Shown here: positions 24,701 through 36,700 of the stretch, piece by piece
Layout: each line of letters opens with the position of its first letter
Position numbering within the stretch: position 1 is the first letter of the stretch
Source: Scyliorhinus canicula
Taxonomy: Eukaryota
NCBI RefSeq assembly: GCF_902713615.1
Contig: NC_052158.1
Coordinates: forward strand, 135,544,463 to 135,608,462
Length of the DNA: 64,000 bases
Reading direction: 5' to 3'
Notes under the pieces: generated by a model
What the model saw: only the letters and a program-made list of their open reading frames with translations
Database searches by the model: none
Told to the model about the DNA's origin: nothing
Translations under genes and position numbers: made by a program

Positions 24701-27700
24701 GGGATTTTGGCCGGGATTTTCTGCAGGCATCTGCCGTGGCTGAAACTGGCGACGCCGGTGCAACGTCTCGGGAGACCGCTGAAACGGGAATCTCGGCGGC
24801 GAGATCTCGCTCGCTGATTTTCCCTGCCTCTCACCCAGTGACGTAACGAGGTTCCCGCCCTTAACTACACCTCATTAAATTTATAAAGATTTAAAGGGCT
24901 TCTCCGCCATATATCCTCCCCCCCCCCCCCCCCACCCACCCACCCACTATCCAGGTAAGGAATGGGCCCTCGCCAATGTGATGTCATGTCAGCAATGTTT
25001 ACAACTGCCTTTGCCAGCGTGGCAGTGCCGGGCATGTCCTTTGTGCAGCTCCATTGGCAGGAGTTCCACTTATGTGTCTGTGGGAAGTGGCTGCCCCAGT
25101 ACTTCGGGAGGGAGATCCCCTTATCCATGGGGATGGGAGGTTGACCCGGAGTTTTTTTGGGGGGGGGAGGCCCCTTATCCATGTTGGGGGGCAGACTCCT
25201 TCGGTAGTTGTGGGGGGAGGGTTCCCCTTATCGAAGTGGCTGGCGAATGTTTCAGTGCAGATCATGGCACCCCCTTTAAAAAGGGCACCCGATCTCTATA
25301 CAGCGGGCGTTGTCGGCTCTATCAGGCCCCGTCCCGTCAGTGTGATGGCGGAAACCACGCCTCTAGATTTTCTGTGCAGAGTTCCGGAGAATCTGGCTCC
25401 AGCTGCCTGTCGGTTTTCTCATCTCAGCCACCACTCTGTTTACAGGGTGCAAAATTCCACCCAACTTGTGAATCTTTGAGAAGTTTTTGGATTGGCGTAT
25501 TGCATAGATATTAGTCGAGCCACCGGGCTGAATTTTCCAGTGGACATCAGGAACCCAACCCTGGGACTATGTGTGGTTCCCCACCTATGCTTGTCATTGG
25601 GGCGCACGCCAGTGCAACTTTACCTGATCCGACCTCTTAATTGGCCACCTCAGCCTTTGCCATCCAGTGAAGGATGGAGAGTTCCTGAGGCAGGGGTCCC
25701 ATTGAGCAGAACCACAGCATTAGCTATCTCAGCCCCACCGGGAAATGTGGGCATTGCTGAGGCAGAAAGTCCAACGCAAGAGTACCTCAAAACGGGGGCT
25801 TTCTTGGAAGGCAGCATAAAATTTAAAATTAAGGAAGACCCACAATTGTTAGAGCCGATATATATGGACGGAAAACCCTCCACAGGAATCGTTTTGGGCA
25901 TGGTTGTGACTCTTTCATACTTGCATTGACCTTAAATGGGCAGAATTGAATGACTCAAATGGGCGGAATTTTCTGCCTGTGGTATTTTCCGCTCCTGTTG
26001 AAGTCAATGGACTTTTGAATAGCTTGTCACATTTTCCAGGCCCATTCCCTCTGTGACAGGGGCCATAAAATTCAGCCCAATGAATTTTAATTGATTTCAA
26101 ATTTCGGCATCTGCCGTGCCAGGTCCTGAGAGCATTGCCCTCAGCTGCAGGATTACTAGTCCAATGACATACCACTGCGTCACCACCTTCCCTCTGGTAC
26201 TGCTTACTTCCAATTTAGTAGATGAGCATTTATCTGAACCTAAAAGAGTGAATAATAAAATGCCTTTATTTCTGTTAGTTATAGAATTTTCATAGTGCAG
26301 AAGGAGGCCATTCAGCTCACCGAGTCTGCACCGGCTCTTTGAAAGAGCACCCTACCCAAGCCCACGCCTCTACCCTATCCCCATAACCCAGTAACCAGAC
26401 CCAACATGAAGGGCAATTTTGGACACTAAGGGCAATTTAGCATGACCAATCCACCTAACCTGCACATCTTTAGACTGTGGGAGGAAACCGGAGCACCCGG
26501 AGGAAAGCCGCGTACACATGGGGCGAACGTGCAGACTCCCCACAGACAATGAACCAAGCCGGGAATCGAACCTGGGACCGAGGAGCTGTGAAGCAATTGT
26601 GCTCACCACCATGCTATCATGCTGTCCAGTTAGGTTACGCATGTTTGAGGCAGTGGAATCCTCTTTGCCTTTTGATGGGTGTTAAATGACAGAAGACTTC
26701 CTTATTTGTTTTATAGGGTTCGGTAGCATCTGGCTGGAAGGGAGACACAGGAGAACGTGGAGACCCAGGGGCTGTGGTATGACTTGATGTCAGATTTGAT
26801 TCATTCAGGACAAAGAAAAGTCTGCTCTCACTAATGACTTTTCGCCTTCGTTTTTATTGATCATTCAATTGCTTAGGTTCATAATAAAGAAATGTGAAGG
26901 GTGCATGTATTGTAAGGAATGTGCTGGACTAGATTTTCATTTGACCACAGGGCATAAAGCTGGTGTTGCGAATTAGCTGCCTTAAAGAAACTGCCTGATT
27001 TTGATTTCCATGGGCTTGATAATTAAGTGGTTTCTATAATGACAGCCAATTCAGTATCTAAATAACAAATTGTATCTCAAGTACAGTTATTTTAAAAATA
27101 ATGGAGAGTGATAGTTCCAAATAAATGCAGGAATTCAGGTGGTTTATATCAAAAATAGTGTTCACTTTTAGTATGCGCTTCTTCAGCTCTCTGTCAGAAG
27201 GCAAGGCCAACCCACAGCTCCACAACGTCCACCATGGGCAGGGCAAGGGCAACGGGGCAGATTCCAAATCCACCCAGCCAGAATTGGACCAACCCCCATG
27301 CTATTGCAACCCATCTGATCTACTCTGGCCCTCCAACCAACTGAGCAACCAGCCTCTCAAGGAGTCTGGGTTGCTATGGCAATGTGCACTTCACATGCAC
27401 GTTGTAGCCTGGTGCTTGGATAATGATGGTACCGGCTCTGATTTTCATTCCATCACATGACTGAACCTTGGTTCTAAACACAGGTTGTGTGGCCAGGGAC
27501 GGCATGGATGGGATTAGGGGCACAGTGGACAGGCAGAGCTTGGAGACATCTCATGGCCCTCAGGGGCGGGCTAGCTGATAGTGTCACTGATGAGGCTTTT
27601 ACCCTGAGGGGGGTGATGTGCCAGGGAGGTTTCCAGTACATGTGTACTTTGCAGGGGTGAGCTCTGCTAATTCCTTTGCTGTGGAGCTGCGCTTCTAAGG

Positions 27701-30700
27701 AGTTCGCTGAGAGTGCCAACACTGGTGGGCCACGATTGAGCATGGCATCTCCCATCCCCTTGTTGATACTGGTGCGACATGTGGATGTCCAGATGGGCGG
27801 GCTGGGTGGGCACATTATCACTAGCCCTCCGAGCATTTTCAGGGTTCTGTGAGCACTCATCAGTCTCAACAGCCAGGAGCCTGTAAGTTACAGCTAGGGG
27901 GTGGGTTTAAATGAAGTTTTGCAGCAATGAAAGTCTGATCCAGGGCACCCGACCCCGTGGGGGATACCCCAAGTCCATGCACTTGCCACCAAGTCCTTCC
28001 CCACTACTCCTGAGGTCTAGGCATACACACCCCAGCAAGCCCGAAAAGCTTCAACAGTTTGCTGACCTCCTTGCTCCCCTTCAACGGCCATGACACCTGG
28101 GCCCCACTTGTAAACACTAGTGCCCCGCTGTTAGCGGTGGAGCAGAAAGAGGCGGTGGAGAATCAGGCTTCCAGCCCATCAATCAGATTTAAATACATGC
28201 AAATCGTGATTTTGCATGGTGCCTCCGGTGCGGGGTGGGTAAGTCATTGCAGCCGGTGGCGGGGGATCAGAGCCCGGTGCCAACCACGTTTTTCAGGGGA
28301 CACTCCATTTTCCACCCAGTCGGGAATCCCAATACCAGTGTCGGGCAATCGAGAATCCACCCCAATATGTATCCGTATTACACACTTGAGCATCAGCGCA
28401 ATAATATGTACATCACATGCTGATTCTATTTGCAACTCATGTCCTGGTAATGGTTCGCCATCATTCTGAAACCAAACTGATCACATCAGTAAATGTTATT
28501 CCAGTGAATAATATCCAAAATACAATGCCCAGATTAATTAGCTCAATTTATTCCAAAGATCCATGTTGCAAAACTTTCGCCCTACTTGTTTCCACCAGGA
28601 TTTATCACCAGCATGAAAGCATTCAAATTGAGCTCATCAATGGAGCTCACAATCTACACATGCTAATGTTGTCAACTTTCTCTTTAAGGTTATAGAAGTG
28701 AATTGGAGAGTTGTGAACTGACTCGAGTAATTTTTCAAAATTATTTTTAGGGAAGACCAGGTAAAAATGGAACACCAGGACTGCCGGGGCTCCAGGTTGG
28801 ACATATTTCCATTAATAATAAAATTCAGATATTCATAAGTTAAGCTTTTTTGCAGAAGGTTTTCGCTTTTCTGCACATTCTCCTTTGAACAGACTACTTC
28901 ATAATCTCTTGGTAGTTACAATTTAATGATTAATATTCTTAACTGACAAATCACATCACTGATGTTAACCATCTTAAATTGAGCCACTTTTATCCCCAAA
29001 GTTGTCAGTGAACACTATCACAATGAAGTGACCATGTTGTGAGCTCTGGCTTTGTGTTTTCTGTATCTCAGGGATTGAAAGGCGATACAGGTTTTCTGGG
29101 ATTGCCAGGAAGAGATGGAGGACCAGTAAGTTTCTGTGCATTCTGTCTAATTGGCAATACAATTAGGTTTCATTCTAATAATTATGCATGTACTATATAT
29201 TTGTAACATGTGTTAATACACTAAATATTATTATTTTAATCTAGGGAAGGAAGGGGGAAATTGGACGTCAAGGACCGCCTGGTCCAGTAAGTACTGACCT
29301 TTAAAAATCTTTCAGTACAATACTACACTTTAAGATTTAGCTTCAAGGACAGAGTTTTCATCTCTCTATCTCTCTCAATCATCATCTGTAAACAAAACGG
29401 ATTCAGATCTATACATAATGATGTGAAGCCAAATGCTGAATAAAGACAATGCCCAGTTTCTTAAACTCGTCTCCTCTCTACTTCCCATTTAGTTTTATTA
29501 GTGGCAAAAGCCCTCGGGCTGGATTTTCCACACCTTGATGTCGGAATTGCGGCCGCCGTCGGGGTGGAGAATCCAGTTTGACGCCAAAATTGGGCCTGGC
29601 GCCCGTTCGGCAATATTCCGGGCACCGAAAAGCGGCATCACCGGGAAGTACAGGAGCCATTGCCAGAGGCCGGCTCCGACATCCTCCGCTCCCAACCGAC
29701 CGAGCTCCCAACGGCATGGAACTAACCTGGTATTGCCGGTCAGGATACTCAGTCCGATCGGCCGTCCTGGTCGGGAACAGGCCGATCGGAGGCCAGGGGG
29801 TGCCTTATAGGCGGCCGGGGAATCATTGTGCGGAGTTTGAGTGTCGGGCACGCGGCCGATCAGGGGCGGAGTCTCTTTCTTGGGTCTGGCTTCGCTGTCC
29901 GAGCACGGCACAGAGCATGGAGCACGGCAGCAGCGTCTGACACGGAGGTACAGTGGCCCGTATCTGCAGCAAAAGCTTGAGATTTACTCTGGGTCCCGGT
30001 TGGCCCCCTGCAGGGTTATGAATTTGTGTCCCTTTTTTCCGGGATTTTCAGGAGTAAAGCTCCACGGTTTTGTTGCCGGTGTGGGAACATAATCCAAACA
30101 ATGGAGAATCCAGCCCCTCATATATAATGAAGGTAAATGTCAAAACAATTGTTCAAGCTGACTCTTCAGTGTATGAGCAAAATGCATGCTTTTGCCAGTT
30201 TTTCTCATTTCCTCTCTGAGAGGAAACCTCATGAAGTACTTATTTGGCTCGTTACAAAATGTATTTCCTTTAAGTAAAAGTCAGGGCCGGAAATCCCGGC
30301 CAAGTGTTGACGCCGGCGTAAACACCGGCCCAGCAATTCACCGGTTTTTAAGGGGCTAGCACGGCACCAGAGTGCTGCGCACTGCACTGGTGCTGAAAGG
30401 CAGCCCCGCACGGCCGTCATGGGTCCACGCATGCAGCCAGGGCCAGCACAGGTCCTCACATGCTCGCGACAGTCGTCTCAGCGCCGGTGCATGCACGTGG
30501 TTGCCGTTTACCGCACCGGCGCAGAGCAACATGGCGGGGACCTAACAGCAGGCCGCGCGGAAGGAGGTAGGCCCCCGCCAGATTGTGGCCACCCGCCAAT
30601 CGGAAGACCCCGGTCGCAGGCCTGGACCCCCTAGAGGCCCCCCCCCCCAGAGTCAGATCCCCCCCGCAACCCCCACCAGGATGGCCACAGCGGCCGTGGA

Positions 30701-33700
30701 TCCAAGCTCCTGCCAGGTGATACCAGGTTTGACCCACACTGGCGGGACTCGGTGGGAGTTCGGCCCATCGCCCGTGAAGAATCGTCGCTGGGGCCTATTT
30801 CAGGGTCCCCCGACCAGCGGCGCGACAATTGCTGCCGATTTCCTGTCGCTGGAGAATCGCCGGCCTAGCGTTGGAGCGGCATGGCAGAAATTTCCCGTGC
30901 CCCTGGCGATTCTCAAACCGTCGCGAGCCCAGAGAATCCCGGCCCATGTTTAACAGAAAAAGTAAAACAGGGAAGTGGGACAAATTGGTGAGTTCTTTCA
31001 AAGAGTCAACACAAAAACAATGGACTGAATGACCCTTATCTGTGGTATACATTTCCATATATTGGCTATGTTGGTGTGACCCTAGATATTCTGATAAGGC
31101 TTTAGCGGGATCAGAAAATGATCGCTATTAATGAAATTAAAACAACTCAACCACTTGTTAAGGGTGGATTCCTGTCAGCAAAACTGGTCAATATTTTAAA
31201 AGCCTTTTTAACACAAGTGCTTAACACAAGTATACTTAAAACCATATTTTAGTACCACTTTGCATAAAGGACATTTCAGTCAGGAAGAGGAGCCAAATGA
31301 AAATTCTGGTGCGATAACATTAAGGTCACATCATTTAATCAAGCATTGGAACCAATAGCCTTTATTACAAGTGCTACAGTTCTGTCACTGTGTTAAGAGT
31401 TCTGATATTGTAATATATAACTCATATACATTCAGGGGCTGGATTACTTACACTGGTCAGTTTCTTAAAACCATCTCTTAATCCTCAGTTGTGTGTATAA
31501 ATATTGCATGTACAAATTCTCACTTGTTGAATAATGATTGACAATGAGTTTTTGCTTTGGTGGAATCCTATCTCAGTTTGCGAAGAGCGAGAGGTTTAAA
31601 GTTTGGCCCCAGGTGCTGTCCAATTTTCTAGGATCAGGTAAATTCTCAGTTTCTTGATGGGCTTTCAGTGGACTTTCTAGCTCTGCCATGGAACCCCCAA
31701 CCTGGTGGGGTGAGAAACTCATTGTAGCCTGGCACCTGCTTCTACTCGCATATAGGAGCGAGCAGCCTGTGGGGCAAGTCAACCAAATATTTACAAAATA
31801 AATTTTCAGAGAGATCAATTAAAGTTTCTGAACAGCCTTCAAAATTTAATTCCCTCCCTGCCCTCCACCCCATGTCACCTAAATGCATTGACACTCCTGG
31901 CGCTCAGCATTGTTTGAACATAAATCGTTGGAAATATGTCCGCTGACACGTATCCATGAATCAGATACATTTTAAATATTTCAGCCAGTATGCAGGCTGA
32001 CAATCTGCTGTCAGTTCAGGAAGTAATACCATGAAGTGGCCAGAGGATATTGCGGCACTAAGCGGCAATCTGTTGGGATCACCCTTTGGAGCTGGACTAA
32101 TTCAGCGGAAATCCTGGTCATTGCACCCAATAGAATCGCATTGCATAATCCCGTTTATGATAACCAAGCATTGCCGTTTATGTTTTGGCAGCAGAGTGAA
32201 GGAGACACTCGACTCTGTACCAGAGGACCTCTCGGTTATCCAGGTTCCAAAGGACTTAAAGGCCAACGAGGATTTCCAGGTGATGATTGGTCAATTTGAT
32301 CTATTTCCACGGTTTGAAGTTCTGGGTTATCAGCTGTGAACAATGTATCGGTCAGAATAGAATTACTGCAGCTTTTTTCATTACGGAGAAGATTTGTATC
32401 TATTTTCACATATTGCCTTCCCATTGTCTAAAACTGATCATCCTCCTAATCAATGCATTTTATAGCTTGCGATTGATCATTACCTTTTCCTGGTCTGTAT
32501 CCGAACGAGGTATAAATGCTCAGAAGCCTGACGATCGTCCCTTTCCACTGTAGACGATCGCCAGGCTTTGTTCTAGTTAATTAAATTGATGCACCATCGA
32601 TTGCACGTGAGGCGAGTGATTTACCAATGTCAGGCTTTAATTAACTAGAACACAGCCTGGCGATCGTCTACAGTGGAAAGGGACGATCGTCAGGCTTCTG
32701 AGCATTTATACCTCGTTGATAGAGGCGGGGTTAACTCAGCCTCTCGGCCAATCGGTCGAGAGGCACATGACCGACCAGGGCCAATGGTAAGCCGACGTTC
32801 TGGCCCAATGGCAGACGAGTATGCAGATCATATCATCACACTGACCATTGACCACATTTAAGGCTGTGATAGGCAGATCATTGGTTTTTCATATTCTTGC
32901 TGTTCTTCATTGTATTTGCCTTGATGAAATATCACAAAATTAAATCTTCCTCCATTTTCCTAACTATATTGCTTCCTCTCTATACATCCATGGCGCAGCA
33001 GTCAATTAATTGAATCAAAATACAGTCAAATCCTTTCTCGTGTTCTCATCAAGTTTCCAAGTTGTTTTGTCTGTAGTTAATTAACGGGGAGTTCTTGTGG
33101 GCCGCATTCCTGCCTCTGAGCCAGAGGTCCAGGTTCGAGTCCCACCCCAGGACTTGGTGGCTGAAGAAGGTATGTTCATAACGCGGTCAAACAGGTTGAG
33201 CGTCAACCTGCAAATCCTTCTGATAAGCCAATGGCAGGCAGTAAGAGTGCGAGAGATGCCTGGCCAGCCATGCTTCTTGCAGAGTGGCCTCCCTCAAGCT
33301 ATAAGCCTCTGGCGACAGACTAGCGACCTGGTCCAGGAATTACTCACTGTGGAAACAGACAAAAGACTGCGTTAGTGCACCACTAGGTGAGGGAAGAGAA
33401 TTGGAGTTATTTCACAGACTATGGGATGTCAGTGCTGAAGATATTTCAATCTGATTTTAATTATAAAGCAAGTTGTAACAGAATGTTTGATCTCTTTAAG
33501 TTTCAAGATTCTTTTTCCGATGAACCATAAATGCAGATATGTGTTGTTGATCCTCTTCCACCCAAGCAAAGTGCTTGAGGCGGAGAGTCAATTGAAAAGG
33601 TCAGCACTGAGATTGATAAAGTTTTGCTACACAATGGAATTAAACATTACAGAACTGAGATGAGTGGATGAAGCTAAGGTACAATCAGCCATGCTTTGAA

Positions 33701-36700
33701 TGAATGGTGGAAAAGGCTCAGAAGACTAAATGGTCTCATTGGTTCCTATGCTCGAAGCTGAGTTGCTAGTGGGTGACTAGAATCGAACTGTTTTTTCTTA
33801 TTCTTTATCGAATGTGGGCATCGCTGGCTAGGCCTGCACTTCTTTCCCATCCCTAATTTCCCTTGAAAAGGTGGTCATGAGCCATCTTCTTGGACCAGTA
33901 CAGTCCACATGCTGCAGGTACACCCACAGAATTTCCAGCCTCTAATATGCCCTTGTACCACAGCCTTTATATGGCTGGTTCAGTTAGGTTTATGGTCAGT
34001 GGTAATGTTGATGGGTTTTGCAAACCTCCAGGCAAACTATTGCGGAAGTCAGGCCAGGAAAGATGTAAACTGGTTCCTTCCAAGCATGGGTCAGTTAGGT
34101 GACAGGGAAATGCAAAGCCAAAAGAGATTGGGGAAGGGGAAAAACAAAAAAAAATGAGAGAACAAGCCATTAATCTCTTTGAAGATGGTTACGTAAGTAA
34201 TGACAAGGTTACATCTGAGACTATTTACAGTTGCGTTTAAAGCTCTAGATGGTGATGTAGCTGTGGTCAAGCTGAAATAACGTCTATAGTTGATGAGAAA
34301 GCTTTGCTGGTGCTCAAAGATAGAGTTTGAATGTTGGTCAAGAGTAAGTATCTGGCATGTTTCAGAAAGAATTCAAGTCTCTCAAGGCTTAGATCGCCAA
34401 ATAATTATATCTGATAAAAATATATTGTCAAGTGTTTTATATTCATTGAGCAATTCAACGCCACGGTCTTGTTTCATAAGTCATAAGTTACAAAATTAAA
34501 TGATCCATTTATTTCTAACTTTACAGGTGCTGATGGTCGGCCAGGCTTACAGGGAAAACCAGGTAAGACCCTGTACTCACTCCACTTTAAAATTATGGAG
34601 CAACAGTGGTGTAGTGGTAATGTTACCAGATTAGTAATCTCGAGGCTCAGGACCATGGGTTCAAATCTCGTGATGGAATTTCAATTTATTTAAGTATTAT
34701 TAATTTAAAATATATGAATTGAAAGCCTGCCTCACTGATTGTGGAACTATCATTGATTGTCAAAGTGTCCTTCAGGAAGGGAAATTTGTCACCCTTGAAT
34801 GAAATGAAAATCGCTTACTGTCACGAGTAGGCTTCAATGAAGTTACTGTGAAAAGCCCCTAGTTGCCAGATTTCGGCGCCTGTTCAGGGAGGCTGGTACG
34901 GGAATTGAACCCGCGCTGCTGGCCTGCCCTGGTCTGCTTTAAAAGCCAGCAATTTAGCCCAGTGTGCTAAATATCCTGTTCGGGCCTACATGTCACCCCA
35001 GATCCATAGCAATGTGATAGATTCTTAACTGCCCTCTGAAATGGCTGTGCAAACCACTCAGTTTAAGAACAAACCGAGATGGGCAACAAATATTGGCCTT
35101 GTAAGAATTACAAAAGATGCTAACACAATCCCATTGATACAAGGCCAAAATCTTGAATTTGAGTTAGTATTGACTACAAAGGATTTAAACCACAACACTC
35201 TTTTAAGGAAGAAACACGTAGAAAAGTTATTTAGTGAAAGAAAAAGTAAAGGACGTGCACAGGAGTATGAAGTTTTATGGAGCCATTACAGTTCTCTTCC
35301 AAAACTAGATTATGAAAGACAATATAGCTGCTCTGCTAAAGTTTAAAAGAATTGAAATTTATAACATTCTTAGACGGCTTGATAGGCTGGATGTTGCAAC
35401 GCTGTTTCCCCTCACTGGAGAGTTTACATCCTGTGCATATCATGGTCGCTGGGTCAAAAACTAGGAACTGCTAACCTCATAGTATTGTGGGAGTGCCTTC
35501 ACCACACGGACTGCAATTAATTCAAGAAGAAGGCTCACCACCACCTTATCAAAGATAATAAGACTGGGCAATAAATGCTGGCATGCCCCATTAAGCTCTG
35601 TCAATTGCCATATACTGCCACACAAGGGCATCTCTTTATATGTTTATATTTGGAATTATGTATTTTGGGTAAGAGTATATTTGTCTGAATGATTCCTGCA
35701 GGAGTTTTATTAACCCCAATTTAGCCAGTATCTTTCTGAAATTGGAGCACAGAACAGGAATAACTGGGATATCTCCGAACTAGTGCAAAAAGCCAGAAAC
35801 AGTCGGCTTTCAGCTGAAAAAGATTGTTCATATTTATGCCGAGATAGAACTGACTGCTCAACAATGTCTACCTTTTTTTAACCATCTCCAGTTAGATGCC
35901 TTCCATTTCACCTTCTTGGAATAAGTAATCCACACAGTTGTGCAGCCTTTGCTTCTTTGCTTTATTGCTCCCCATGCATTCAGACTCCTCTTCGCAGAAG
36001 ACGATGGCTTCCGCAGGCAACACAATGCCAGGTCAAGTAGATTAAAAATATGTTACTGATGTACCTTACTGAGCATGACATCTCTCCCCAATTCTTTTAC
36101 CACTTTCTTTAGGAATCACCGGACGTGGGCCCAATGGTCAACCTGGACATCCTGGAAAAATAGGTCCGAAGGGAGATAAAGGTGACCCTGGGAAGATTTT
36201 TGAAGGTGTTCCAGGTCTTCCTGGTATTCCGGGATTCCAAGGCCCACCAGGTCCTGCGGGTCCACCAGGTACAATATTTACCATCATTTTCATTTTATAA
36301 TCAACAAGTCCGTAAATGCTATAATGCAGTGAATTGTTAGTTCCAGTTTTTCATTATAAAGACAAAAATGTGTTAGTATACTGAAAGGTTGTTTACATGT
36401 AATGATCTTCTGCAACATGTTGGAGCTTGAACATACCTTTCTTCAGTTGTTCCAGTTCTACAAATCTCTGTAGTAATCATGACAAGAGGTGTCGCTATTG
36501 GTCCTGCCACATCCAGTCACGAATGGTGAAGGACAATCAAACATCTGGAGGAGGAGGCTCCACAAATATCCTCAATGATGGAGGAGCCCAGCACAACAGT
36601 GCAAAAGTCAAGGCTGAAGCATTCCCAACAATCTTCAGCCAGAAGTGCCAAGCGGATGATTTATCTCAGCCTCCTCCGGAGGCCTTCAGCATCACAGATG

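Noticed and set aside
28751-28760. 10-nt micro-exon using the internal CAG|GTAAAA donor
   Set aside because: It would shift the frame; the 45-nt form keeps Gly-X-Y and the conserved size.
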